Source of the DNA: the human T2T-CHM13v2.0 reference genome, Homo sapiens
Length of the DNA stretch: 64,000 nucleotides
Assembly (NCBI RefSeq): GCF_009914755.1
Contig: NC_060935.1
Direction: 5' to 3' (one strand)
The notes under the pieces are model-generated. The model made no database searches and had not been told where the DNA came from. It worked only from the letters and a program-made list of their open reading frames with translations. Made by a program: the position numbers and the translations under genes. Below are positions 1 to 19,832 of the stretch, one piece after another (within the stretch, counting starts at the first letter, position 1; the number at the start of each line of letters is the position of its first letter).

Positions 1-1199
<1,199 letters not shown>

Positions 1200-1202
1200 T
1201 TA

Positions 1203-1574
<372 letters not shown>

Positions 1575-2351
1575 TTAATATCAAAAGAAGATAATGGGTC
1601 AAAAATAAACCCTGGCTTATAGAGTAGCCAAGAGGACAGGCCCCATGGGATGGAACAGAGAGCCCAAGGAGAGTAAATTAGCCAAAGGATAATGAATGTT
1701 GAAGGATAGTGAATGTTGAAGACAAACTTTACTTAAGTCCCTCATTGGATCTGGCCTGGCCCTGTAAGCATTCATGAACTAACTGGCTCAAATGTTTGCC
1801 ACTTCCTGTCACCTGATCAACAAAACCTAACTTCTTACAATATTAACTTACTTCTGCAAGCAAACAGATTCTAATAAAAAGTCACACTTGCCAGATCACT
1901 ATTCATAGGGTCCTGCTACCTTTGCCCAAGTAGCTTTGGTCTCAAGAGTCCCTAGGCTTTTCTTTATGAAATTGCTTATGAAAAATACACACTACAAGCC
2001 ACTTAATAGCCCATTTCACGCAAATCCGTCCTTTGCCCTTTTCTTTCTTTCCTAACTCTTGTGACTCACTCAGATCAAGTTTTTATCTCTATATCAGAAT
2101 CAGATGACTCCACAGATCTATAGGGCCTGATTAAGAAACACAATCCCAAGAGATCAAGAACCCAGGAACTCTTGGCATATCATTGTCCCTGTTGACTTCC
2201 TCATGACCGTGTCTAAACATGCAACATAACCTGATTCAATAACTCAGGACAGAAAAAGCAATTGCATCTGATCACACAAACACTTATTGGCAGTGACATA
2301 AAATCACAAGTTGAGCAGCATTTTTCCCACTTACATTAGTTTTGACTAGTT

Positions 2352-2819
<468 letters not shown>

Positions 2820-3155
2820 TAAAAATTGTATATATTTACAGTGAACAGTACAATGTGATGTTTTATTATACATATACATTGTGAAATGATTGTTGTATGC
2901 TTTCATTATTTTTTAAGCTCTGCTGCTAAGAACTGTAGAAAAGTCAACTGACTCTGGGCACACACGTGGATTTCAAACTGCTCTTTTATATATGTGCTCC
3001 CCAAATTAAATGTTTTCATAGTGAATATCTCTGGGTACGCATGAAAAAATAACATAAAATAATTATGCAGTAACTGAGTTGATGAATATCAAGAGCTGTA
3101 CCTAGATGTAAAGTGAGCTATACATTTCAGAGATGTAGGTTAAAATAACTGTGGG

Positions 3156-3800
<645 letters not shown>

Positions 3801-4163
3801 AATAGAAAATGCACGTATAAATCCATACAGTCTCTGAGAGCTGCTCTGACAGTAGCCACAGAGCTTTGAATTTTTCACTGTTACTCTTTTATTTATTTAA
3901 GTTTCATTTCCTAGCTGATTGCAGGCAAAGTGACTTTAGTCAAGAGGAAGACTGCACAGTCATTGGTGTGGTTTAACAAAACACTCTCTTCCTGAGCCAA
4001 AGAGGAAAATACACTGTCTCATGTGTTTCCTCTAGAGGAAAGGGTATGTCCTGAGTGCACGGGTGCCTCTGCATGTATGTATGAGAGAGAACAGAGAAAA
4101 AATGAGAAAGAGGGAGAGAGAACAAAAGAGAGAGTACAAGACAGAGAGTACTTGGTGACATTT

Positions 4164-4180
4164 TAATGACTCCCAAAGGA
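4164..4180 (+). promoter_or_regulatory. Candidate OR promoter composite site: homeodomain (Lhx2) TAATGA + 1 bp + O/E (Ebf)-like TCCCAAAGGA
   Basis: Sequence ttTAATGAcTCCCAAAGGA lies in the largest repeat-poor stretch upstream of OR4D9, ~3.6 kb before the ATG. The O/E half has one mismatch to TCCCNNGGGA. Confidence 0.45.
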
Positions 4181-5066
4181 ACTCCTGAGTTGTATTGTAG
4201 CGTATTATATTGGCCACTCAGCTTCCACATTCATACCTAACAATATTCCCTTTGCTAATTCCTATATTGGGCTGTGGCTGGAGACTAATACAGGTGGCCA
4301 AAATGTAGTAAAGTAGAAAAGAGTCAGAATACTGTAATTACCTGAGGTTGCTTTTTCCCATCTGAGGAAAGAAGATAATAAAATCACTCACTTTGAGGTA
4401 GGCTTTACATTAAACAGAGAATTTCCCCAGTACCTACTTCTTCTAAAATGCAGCTGAGGCATCATAAGAGGATCAATTTCCCACTTAAAGATTAAACCAG
4501 CAGTTAGTATTAGTGCCTATGAACTTCTGAAACTGAAAAGCTGTTTGTGCTGAATTTTGAGAAATGCTGCAAATGTGTAGAATGTTCCTATGGAAGTCAA
4601 GACTCTTAAGAAGCAAAGAAAAGAGGTAGTTTTTCACTATTAGAAAGAGGGAAAGTGTGGCTTGCAAAATATAGGAAGATGGTCAGTTGGCTTGGCTGTG
4701 TTTTACTTGTTGGGATATTGAGGTTCAAAATTTATTAAAGGTAGTTGAGAAGGTGCTGACGTCACCAGCTCTCAGGAGGATGACTGCCTTGGAAAAACAG
4801 CTTTTAAAGGCAGTAATTCCTGAGTTTAGTAGATGCAGTTTTGCCTCTTGGCTGGGAATGAAATTTTGGAAGATTTGAGTAAGATGTTTTAATGACAAGA
4901 TTATCTGTGCCTTCATGTACCACTGAATAAGAATAATGCTTCTAGTAAAAGTTTTAGGGATTCAATCAAGAATAAGGGATTTTCAAAATTGGAAAATAGA
5001 AAACCGTGATATGTGTGGCATCCTAGAAAGTCAACTTAATGTAGAGAATGAGGAAGAATTTGCTCA

Positions 5067-5720
<654 letters not shown>

Positions 5721-5889
5721 CAACACAACAAAATGTTTACTCTCAGATGATAGCTGGTGATGACTATAACCACGTAACTATAAAAGTAACTTATAAAAGT
5801 GAGTGGTCCATTAAATTTTGCTTTAAATGTAATTCATTCTTTAAACATGAGATTAAAGTGTTATAAATGATAAATGTTATGTTTGTTAG

Positions 5890-7500
<1,611 letters not shown>

Positions 7501-7734
7501 TAGTGAAAGTACAATTGAATAGATTCACGGACTTGCAACCTCTGTTTCAGCAGCAGCAGTGAGAGAACTTTGTCTCCTGGGATGACTGAATCAAAAACCT
7601 GGGTAATCTTTCATCCAGTGGTGGCATACTGACTTGCAGACACAGTGAGTGCATAGGGAAAAGAGCTTCCTCCTAATTCTGAGCCAAATCTTAAGTGAAA
7701 AGACAACACTAGATTTTAGGACCTATCAATATTA

Positions 7735-7760
7735 TTTAACTGCACTATTATTTCTTCCAG
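7735..7760 (+). promoter_or_regulatory. Branch point and 3' splice acceptor of the OR4D9 coding exon
   Basis: tttaac branch-like motif, pyrimidine tract tatttcttcc and AG at 7759-7760, 30 nt before the ATG. The pseudogene has an equivalent ctctccccAG at 24601-24602. Confidence 0.7.
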
Positions 7761-7790
7761 AGATGAACCTGATAAAGGATCTGTGATTCA

Positions 7791-8735
7791 ATGGATCAGA
7801 GAAATTACACCAGAGTGAAAGAATTTACCTTCCTGGGAATTACTCAGTCCCGAGAACTGAGCCAGGTCTTATTTACCTTCCTGTTTTTGGTGTACATGAC
7901 AACTCTAATGGGAAACTTCCTCATCATGGTTACAGTTACCTGTGAATCTCACCTTCATACGCCCATGTACTTCCTGCTCCGCAACCTGTCTATTCTTGAC
8001 ATCTGCTTTTCCTCCATCACAGCTCCTAAGGTCCTGATAGATCTTCTATCAGAGACAAAAACCATCTCCTTCAGTGGCTGTGTCACTCAAATGTTCTTCT
8101 TCCACCTTCTGGGGGGAGCAGACGTTTTTTCTCTCTCTGTGATGGCGTTTGACCGCTATATAGCCATCTCCAAGCCCCTGCACTATATGACCATCATGAG
8201 TAGGGGGCGATGCACAGGCCTCATCGTGGCTTCCTGGGTGGGGGGCTTTGTCCACTCCATAGCGCAGATTTCTCTATTGCTCCCACTCCCTTTCTGTGGA
8301 CCCAATGTTCTTGACACTTTCTACTGCGATGTCCCCCAGGTCCTCAAACTTGCCTGCACTGACACCTTCACTCTGGAGCTCCTGATGATTTCAAATAATG
8401 GGTTAGTCAGTTGGTTTGTATTCTTCTTTCTCCTCATATCTTACACGGTCATCTTGATGATGCTGAGGTCTCACACTGGGGAAGGCAGGAGGAAAGCCAT
8501 CTCCACCTGCACCTCCCACATCACCGTGGTGACCCTGCATTTCGTGCCCTGCATCTATGTCTATGCCCGGCCCTTCACTGCCCTCCCCACAGACACTGCC
8601 ATCTCTGTCACCTTCACTGTCATCTCCCCTTTGCTCAATCCTATAATTTACACGCTGAGGAATCAGGAAATGAAGTTGGCCATGAGGAAACTGAAGAGAC
8701 GGCTAGGACAATCAGAAAGGATTTTAATTCAATAA
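7791..8735 (+). CDS. OR4D9: Olfactory receptor family 4 subfamily D member 9 (314 aa, 7TM GPCR)
   Basis: Intact intronless ORF with N-glycosylation site NYT and OR motifs [45 protein letters not shown]. Protein recognised as human OR4D9. Confidence 0.97.
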   Translation: MDQRNYTRVKEFTFLGITQSRELSQVLFTFLFLVYMTTLMGNFLIMVTVTCESHLHTPMYFLLRNLSILDICFSSITAPKVLIDLLSETKTISFSGCVTQMFFFHLLGGADVFSLSVMAFDRYIAISKPLHYMTIMSRGRCTGLIVASWVGGFVHSIAQISLLLPLPFCGPNVLDTFYCDVPQVLKLACTDTFTLELLMISNNGLVSWFVFFFLLISYTVILMMLRSHTGEGRRKAISTCTSHITVVTLHFVPCIYVYARPFTALPTDTAISVTFTVISPLLNPIIYTLRNQEMKLAMRKLKRRLGQSERILIQ

Positions 8736-9064
8736 GGGTAAGATAGTACCCATATTTAAAGATAGACATTAAATTTCACTTTCTCAAAATGGGAAAGGAG
8801 CTTGTTCATGCCCAAAACAAAGAGATACCTATGGCCACCATCGAGTCCTAAAAGAAGTTATTCCATCATATATGTTGGGGACCACGTGGATGATACTGCT
8901 CTAAGACAAAATCCACTCAAGTCTTTCCCTACTCACTTTCAATTATTCATTCCACAAATTTTTATAGAGCATACACTATATGTCTGAAAGTACTGGGATT
9001 CAGATTGCTGCAAAAAGATTAAATGTAGTCACCTTCCTGGAGGCATAACCCAAAATACTTATTA

Positions 9065-10825
<1,761 letters not shown>

Positions 10826-11124
10826 TTATATAGCAGGATTAGCCAGATCCAAATTTCCTGTTGTTTCTATACACAGTGATCTCACCACTCCTTTACCTGT
10901 GCCACTCAATCTATTAGAAGGTAAAGAAAGGGTATAAAAAGCATGATAGTTTAATTAGTGAACCTGAGAATTTGCCAGTCTCTGTTGTGAAAGAGACAGG
11001 GATAGTGCTAGGAGAAGATTTATCTGACAATCCAGCTGATACTCTGCTAAGATCTATTGACTTCACCATACTGTGTTCCCCACTATGATAAAGCTCAAGC
11101 CATAGCAGCTGGCACACATTTATC

Positions 11125-11830
11125 AATCAGAGTAGGCCAACCATTGCAACAAAAATGTCCACGGTCTAAGTAGTTAGCCACAACAAAAGTTTACTTCTTG
11201 CTCATGTCACAGGCCAATGCTGGTCTGCAGAAAGAGGGCACAGTGCCACACTGTCATTCAGAAATGCAGGCTTCTCCCGTCTTGGGCTCCACATTCTCTA
11301 GATCCTCAGAATCCTGTCCATGATCCAGCAGATGGAGAAAGGGAGAGAGAATTAAGAATAAGTGATTCTCCTGCCTCAGCCTCTTGAGTAGCTGGGACTA
11401 CAGACATGCACCACTATATCTGGCTAATTTTGTATATTTTTATTTTCATAGAGATGAGGTCTCACTAAGTTGCCCAGGCTGGTTGAAATTCTTGGACTCA
11501 AATGATCCCTCCACTTCAGCCTCCCAAAATGCTAGAATTACAGGCATGAGACACCTCACCTGAACATGCTCATGCTGTCTTATGCTCCACAGTCTCTAGA
11601 TCCTCATAATCCTGTTCATGCATCCAGCAGATAGAGAAAGGGAGAGAAATTAAGAATTATGGGGAAGGGAGGGGTGTGTCTTTATGGGACAGTCCTGGAA
11701 GTGGTGTGAACTACTTATGACCACTTTCATTGGCCAGCCCTTGGTCACATAGCCTCACCTGACAGCAAGGGAGCCTGGAGAATGAAATCAAACTCTGCTC
11801 TCAGAAAGAAGAAAATATGAAGAATGAACT
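11125..11830. mobile_element. Old MaLR (MLT1-type) LTR containing a tail-less AluJ fragment and an 80-bp duplication
   Basis: MLT1-like caacaaaagtttacttcttgctcat... and cattggccag...ggtcacat; Alu fragment at 11360-11565. Confidence 0.55.
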
Positions 11831-11949
11831 CTAGTGATCTCTTCCACATGTAAGATTCACTGCTAAGAAATCACAGTTGGGTTACATTACAAAGATTAAG
11901 ACTTTGTCTATAAAAGGATTCTCTTAATACATAAAAATGTTTGCTACAG

Positions 11950-12250
11950 GGCTGGCTGCGGTGGCTCATGCCTGTAATCTCAGCACCTTGGGAGGCCAGG
12001 GAGGGTGGATTGCTTGAGCTCAGGAGTTTCAGAACAGCCTGGGCAACATGGCAAAACCCCATCTCTACAAAAAATATAAAAATTAGCAGAGCATGGTGGC
12101 ACACGCCTGTAGTCCTAGCTACTCAGGAGACTGAGCTGGGAGGATCACTTGAGCCTGGGGAAGTCAAGGGTGCAGCGAGCCATGAATGCCCCACCGTACT
12201 CCCACCTGGGCAAAAGAGTGAGACCCTGTCTCAAAAAAAAAAAAAGAAAA
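11950..12250 (+). mobile_element. AluJ
   Basis: Alu consensus with poly(A) tail. Confidence 0.88.
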
Positions 12251-12561
12251 AGTTTGCTGGAAAGGCAACTAGACCCTTAGAACACACAGAGAGCCAAACC
12301 GAAATGAAGGAGATGGGGGAAAATTTTTCTTAACTTAAAGGAAGAGGGAAATGATCAAGGTAAACCCTGGGATTAGGATGACAGTAGACTAGAAGGGCAG
12401 GGTTCCATGAGATAGAACATTAGGGTAGAGTGCCCCAAGAAGATAGGCCAAGAAGACAATCCTCATAGAAAGCAACTCTCACTTATTCCCAAACTTTTCA
12501 TGGGCTTGTTGTAAACAAGTTCGATTAATGCAGAAGCTCCTTTAGCAATGAATGTTCTCCA

Positions 12562-13185
12562 AAACTACCATTTGACGCAGCAATCCCATTGCTGGGTATA
12601 TACCCAAAAGAAAATAAATTATTCTACCAAAAAGACACATGCACCTGTATGTTCACAGTAGCAAAGACAAGGAATCAGCCTAGGTGCCCATCAATGGTGG
12701 ACTAGATGAAGAAAATGTGATACATTATACACCATGGGGTACTATGCAGACATTTTTAAAAATGAATTCATGTGCTTTACAGTAACATGGATGCAGCTGG
12801 AGGCCGTGATCCTAAGCAAATTAATGCAGGAACAAAAAATCGAATACCACATGTTCTCACTTATGGGTGAGAGCTAACCATCGATTTACACATGGACACA
12901 AAGATGGGAACAAAAGACACTGAGGCCTACTTGAGGGGAGGAGGGTGGGAAGAGTGTGAGGTCAGAAAACTACCTATTAGGTACTATGCTCACTACCAAG
13001 ATTGTCTTCTTGGCCAATCTTCTTTGGGCACTCTACCCTAATGTTCTATCTCATGGAACCCTGCCCTTCTAGTCACTACCTGGGTGACAAAATCATTTGT
13101 ACACCAAACCCCAGCAACACACAATTTACTCATGTAACAAGCCTACACATGCACCCGTTGAACCTAAAATAAAAGTTAAACAAAA
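12562..13185 (+). mobile_element. L1PB/L1PA15-16-like 3' end carrying a 75-bp foreign insertion
   Basis: aactaccatttgac...caatcccattgctgggtatatacccaaa through aacctaaaataaaagtt. Confidence 0.85.
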
Positions 13186-13259
13186 ATGAAATCAATGTTA
13201 TCTTCTTTGCTGATTGACATTTCCTGTGTTCTATTTCTACCACTCAAAAATGTTCTGAA

Positions 13260-13686
13260 TTTCTCACTCATAGATGGGAATTGAACAATGAGAACACATG
13301 GACACAGGAAGGGGAACATCACACTCTAGGGACTGTTGTGGGGTGGGGGGAGGGGGGAGGGATAGCATTAGGAGATATACCTAATGCTAAATGACGAGTT
13401 AATGGGCACAGCACACCAGCATGGCACATGTATATGTATGTAACTAACCTGCACATTGTGCACATGTACCCTAAAACTTAAAGTATAATAATAACAAAAA
13501 AAAGAAAAGATAAATGAAGTCAATTGAGGAGATAATAGGGTTTTATTTTTTCTTTTCCTTGCAATGATTGTTACAATGTGCTTTGGACAAGGCAATTTTA
13601 TATTGGAAAAATAGAGACCACATTGAAGTGGAGTTGTAATAGAATCTGGAAATAAAAAAAATATGGTTAAAACTAAAAAAAAAAAA
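13260..13686 (+). mobile_element. Short 5'-truncated L1PA (PA3/4-like) 3'UTR with 3'-transduced DNA
   Basis: L1 3'UTR 13260-13487, A-rich tail, 164 bp of non-L1 DNA, second poly(A); all enclosed by TSD aaaaatgttctgaatt. Confidence 0.88.
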
Positions 13687-14207
13687 TGTTCTGAATTATT
13701 TTCCAATATTGGATATCTTTCCCCAAGTATGAAAATGCTAATATAGACACAAATTAGTTTTCAGCTGGATCCAGCTGCAGCTATCGAATCACCACTTCCT
13801 GCCTGGCTCCATCCTTGTTCCAGTATAATTGTTCCCCTCATCATCTAGTACTTTTTGCAATGATATCTTTTTTCCTACTTCCCTGTTGGTTTTACCGAAA
13901 ACAAGAACTTTGTGACTGGGAAGAATTTTAAGTGACCAAAAATCCGCACAATCTTAGTTTGTGTTCCTGATTGTAGGATCTCACAAATGATAGCAACCCG
14001 GCAAAAGCTGCCCGTGCAGCTGCTTTGGACTAATTGGAGAAGTGGAGAGAGTATCAGAGTAATTCAGAGATACTGAATCCTTTGGACAAGGAGAGTGACA
14101 GAGCCAGCTACAGGAAAGGAAGGGTTCAGCTCTGGATAATAATGATCAGATCAGTTTTAGACATTTGAAATTAGAGGTGTGCACCATACGCAAGTGAAAT
14201 AAATCTA

Positions 14208-14672
<465 letters not shown>

Positions 14673-14688
14673 TCAGCATCATCAAGAT

Positions 14689-14823
14689 GCCTCTATCTGA
14701 AACAAAATACAGATTAATCCAAGTAGTTATTTGATGCTATATACTTCTGGTAAAAATACTTCTCTTTTAATATAACATCAAATAATTACTTGGATTAATC
14801 TATATTTTGCTTCAGATAAAGGC
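14689..14823. repeat. Inverted repeat: 54-bp arms (14689-14742 and 14770-14823), 27-nt loop
   Basis: Arm 2 reverse complement matches arm 1 at 49/54 positions, ungapped. Confidence 0.92.
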
Positions 14824-15262
14824 TTGTCTTAGGAAACTATTAAATATTAAACTGATTCTAGCTTCACCTACATAGATCATGTAAATGGTCCTAGCATATT
14901 TTGTTTTTTCTATGCAAGGAAGGCTTCTTTTAAATTTCTGCAGTATTTTTTCATAAGCAAATAAATGCATCTATATATTCAAACTGACATAGGAGTTATC
15001 CTGGTTTAGGAATGATGCTGACATTTGGGTCTTCTTTAAGAAATTGAAAGAAGATTCAGATTGCTTTGGCTTAGTTTCTAAGATGCTACTATAGTCAGAA
15101 CCACAGAACCCATGGGTAAGCATCCACAAAATTCCATCACAAAGTGCTACTCTGGAGAAGTCTACAGAGTTTTGTTGTTGTTGTTGCATTGCTTGTTTTT
15201 CAAGTCTGAAAGAAAATGTTTTCAACATAGTTCCTGCTCAATAAAACAGATTATTCATTCAG

Positions 15263-15590
15263 TGTTATATTAGGAATCTATGGCTGCATAACATATTACC
15301 CCAAAAGTTTGTGGTTTAAAACAAACCAAAAAACCAACATACTTTTTATGTCACAGTTTCTGTGGATCATGAATTTGACACAACTTAGCTAAGTTGTGGG
15401 CTTCAGGGTCTCTCACAGGCTACCATCAAGGTGTCAGCTGGGAGCCACAGTCTCATCTCAAGATTCAACTAGAGAAGGATCCATTTCCAAACTCACACAT
15501 ACAATTGTGGGGCAGAATTATGAGTTGTTGAACTGAGGGCTTCAGTTCCTTAGTGGCTGTTGCTGGAGGCTATTCTCAGTTTTCAGAGAT
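15263..15590. mobile_element. MLT1-family MaLR LTR fragment
   Basis: ctatggctgcataacatattaccccaaaa...tcacagtttctgtggatcatgaatt. Confidence 0.7.
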
Positions 15591-15854
15591 GAGTTTTCAA
15601 AAATTACATTGGGGGTGAGCTGAGATCAAGAGTTTTTGAGGGGAAAAAAATGAAATTATTTGCTTTTAGGACCTCAGAATCCTCAGGACTGGAAGATGAT
15701 GGGTATTCAAAAAATAGATCACAATTAAATATCTGGTGAATGAGTGGTACCAACGCATCATATGTCTGTATATTTCCTCTCTTCACATGAGAAGTTTGGT
15801 GGAAAACAAGGAAGAAAATGTGTTTCCTAGACTTTATGATCCTCTGATTATCTA

Positions 15855-16196
<342 letters not shown>

Positions 16197-17529
16197 TCAT
16201 CTGCCCAGAAAAAAAAGAGGATGGGATAAAACACACAATACTAGGAGTTCTATTCCTTTTCCCTAAGTTCCTACCTCTTAAGAAGATAGACTCCAGTTTA
16301 GTCCCCTATGACCTCTTTAGGGAAAGCTTGGGGCTCTAAGCACAAAGTCTGTAAGGATTCATCTCATCCCCTACATTGGGAGAATTGCAAAAGCAAAATA
16401 TGTGTGTTGCACACACCTACCAGTGATGTCTGACTTCTTACTAACTCCCAGTGGAACTTCTTCTCAATAGGAAATTCTGGCTGCTCAACTTCAAAAACCA
16501 CATCCAAAAATATATTCCCTTTGGTGATCATTTCCCTGGCTCTGATACAAATGGACTGGTATTCATGGCAGGCCCACTGTGGGGCAGTGTGTTGGAGCCA
16601 TGCAGAGGCGATTCTTGGAGCCTGCAGGGGAGAAGACACTGAACCAACCAACCCTCAGATGCAGATCTGCCTTAAAGGAGAATAGCCCTTGACAAGTAAT
16701 GACTCCTAAGGTCAGAACAAATGGCCAGTTCTGCTTCTTGGGTAGGTATTAGAGGTGGGGACTTCAAATGAGAACATTGTGTTAAGTTAGAGCTTTGTGG
16801 TGTGTGCTTGTATGTCTAAATGTTTATCTATGCAGGTGCACCCATGCACAGACAATTTTGAAGTATTATTGTAGATTACTTAGAAATGTATTGAATGCTA
16901 ATGATGCTTTTACTAGGTGTAGAATGACATACATTAAAGCTAAAAATTGTAGGGGTGCAGAGCAGAATAATTAGTTGTTCAATATTAGCAAGGTGACTTG
17001 AAGTGCATAGAAAGGTCAACTCGTTAAGAGAAAGAGAGCAATATATGCTTTGTGGACAATAGAGTCGAGGGGTTCTCCAGGTTGGAGATGCTGTAAAATT
17101 CAGTAAGCCTGTTTTAGTAGAATGGATTTACGTAGGCATATTTCTAAGAAACAAACTGGGGGGTCCTCAGTTTGTTCTTGCCAAAAACAAAAACAGGAGA
17201 AAACTCATAAACTATACTTCTCTGTTTTCTTCTTTCCTGTTGCAAACAGACACATGCATTCACAGGGCTTCCCACTGATCCTTCCACTCTCTATCTTTTA
17301 TCTTTAATTGTGCATAAATGTTATGCATGGAAGAGCACCATTTTGGCATTTTTCAGTTGAATTGGTGATTTGATCACTTTCACTTCTTTACAGAATCTCA
17401 CATAATGAATGGACTCCATTAGTCCCATTTTTAAGACAGAAAGCAATGATAGAATATTTTTAGATCCACCTCATATTTTTCTTTCACCTGAAGTTACTGA
17501 ACCACACACATCCCACCATGCAAGTGTTT

Positions 17530-17866
17530 GTCGTTGTTGTTGTTGTTGTTTGGTTGGGTTTTGTTTTGTTTTATTTTGTTTTTTGAGACAGAATCTCGCC
17601 CTGTCGCCCATACTGGCATACAGTGCTATGATCTTGGCTCACTGCAACCTCCACCTTCCGGGCTCAAGAGATTCTCCTGCCTCCGCCTGCCAAGTAGCTG
17701 GGATTACAGGCGTGCGCCTCCGCATGCGGCTAATTTTTGTGTTTCTAGTAGAGACAAGGTTTCCCTATGTTGGCCAGGCTGGTCTTGAGCTCCTGACCTC
17801 CAGTGATCTGTCGACCTCGGTCCCCCAAAGTGCTGGGATTACAGGTGTGAGCCACTGCGCCCGGCC
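17530..17866 (-). mobile_element. AluS with TSD
   Basis: TSD cccaccatgcaagt; (GTT)n-derived tail. Confidence 0.9.
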
Positions 17867-18094
17867 CCACCATGCAAGTTTTATCTGCTTCCCAATTTCT
17901 TAATTTTCCATGTGTGGAGCCCAAGGAACATCAAACACTTCTCATTTTCAATTTTTCCCGACCCAATTCAGTGCCCTTGGACTGTCCCAAGCACCTAACA
18001 CAGGCAGAGGTTGCAGGAAATCTAGGAGCCTCTGTTCAGCTCTTCTGCAGATCTCCAATCAAACCCACACGGAATTCTGAATCATCCCAATCCA

Positions 18095-18225
18095 CATGGG
18101 TCCACCACTTACTAGCTGTATACCCTTGGCCAAATAACTTATCTTTTCCTAGCCTCAGTTTCCTTATCTGTAAAACAAAGGATTTACCTCAAAGTATTGC
18201 TGTCAGAGCTAAATGAGCTGCAGCA
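18095..18225 (+). mobile_element. MIR
   Basis: MIR core ccacttactagctgt...cctcagtttccttatctgtaaaa. Confidence 0.75.
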
Positions 18226-18827
18226 AGCAAAGAACCCAGAAAAAATAGCTCAGTTCAGATTTGCTGTCTGCCCCTCCCCACCTGCATTTGGATGGCCCTA
18301 AGTATGATAACTCACACACCCCTTGGTTCTTAAATATGCTCTGGATCTGAGTTTAACCCTGATCCTTGAATTGTTTCTTTTTTTATCATGTGTATTGGTC
18401 TTTTCAATAACAGCTTATAAACCTGCCTATGTGAGGTATGAGAAACACAGTTGGAGTCGTGCAAATAATCTAGATTTTTGTATATATCTGTAGCAGTTTG
18501 GATACTGCAGAATGAATATATTCTAGAGTCAGATGTAGACTAGATAGCCCTTAACTGCCAACCCTCAGTTGAAGAGACAAAGAAAAAGAAATCCGTTTGT
18601 TAAGTATTTTCACTATTTTTTTCTGATTACACATGGTTATTGATGTGATTGAATATATATGTATATTAATATACCTATATACTCAAATAATATGGAATAA
18701 TATAGAGATTGTTATATATTCAAACAATGGGATATATCACATATATGTGTATAAACAATATGGAAATCTCCAACATTAATTTATTTCTAAGAGATCTGTT
18801 AACACCTTTGATCACTTACTTTAAGGC

Positions 18828-19832
<1,005 letters not shown>

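Noticed and set aside
1685-1718. 17-bp tandem duplication aaggata(a/g)tgaatgttg
   Set aside because: Ordinary slippage duplication with no evidence of function.
8049-8746. Overlapping and antisense ORFs inside OR4D9
   Set aside because: Shadow frames of the OR coding sequence with no independent support.
16364-16651. Non-repeat ORFs of 63-95 aa
   Set aside because: No recognisable domain, and the lengths are within chance expectation.
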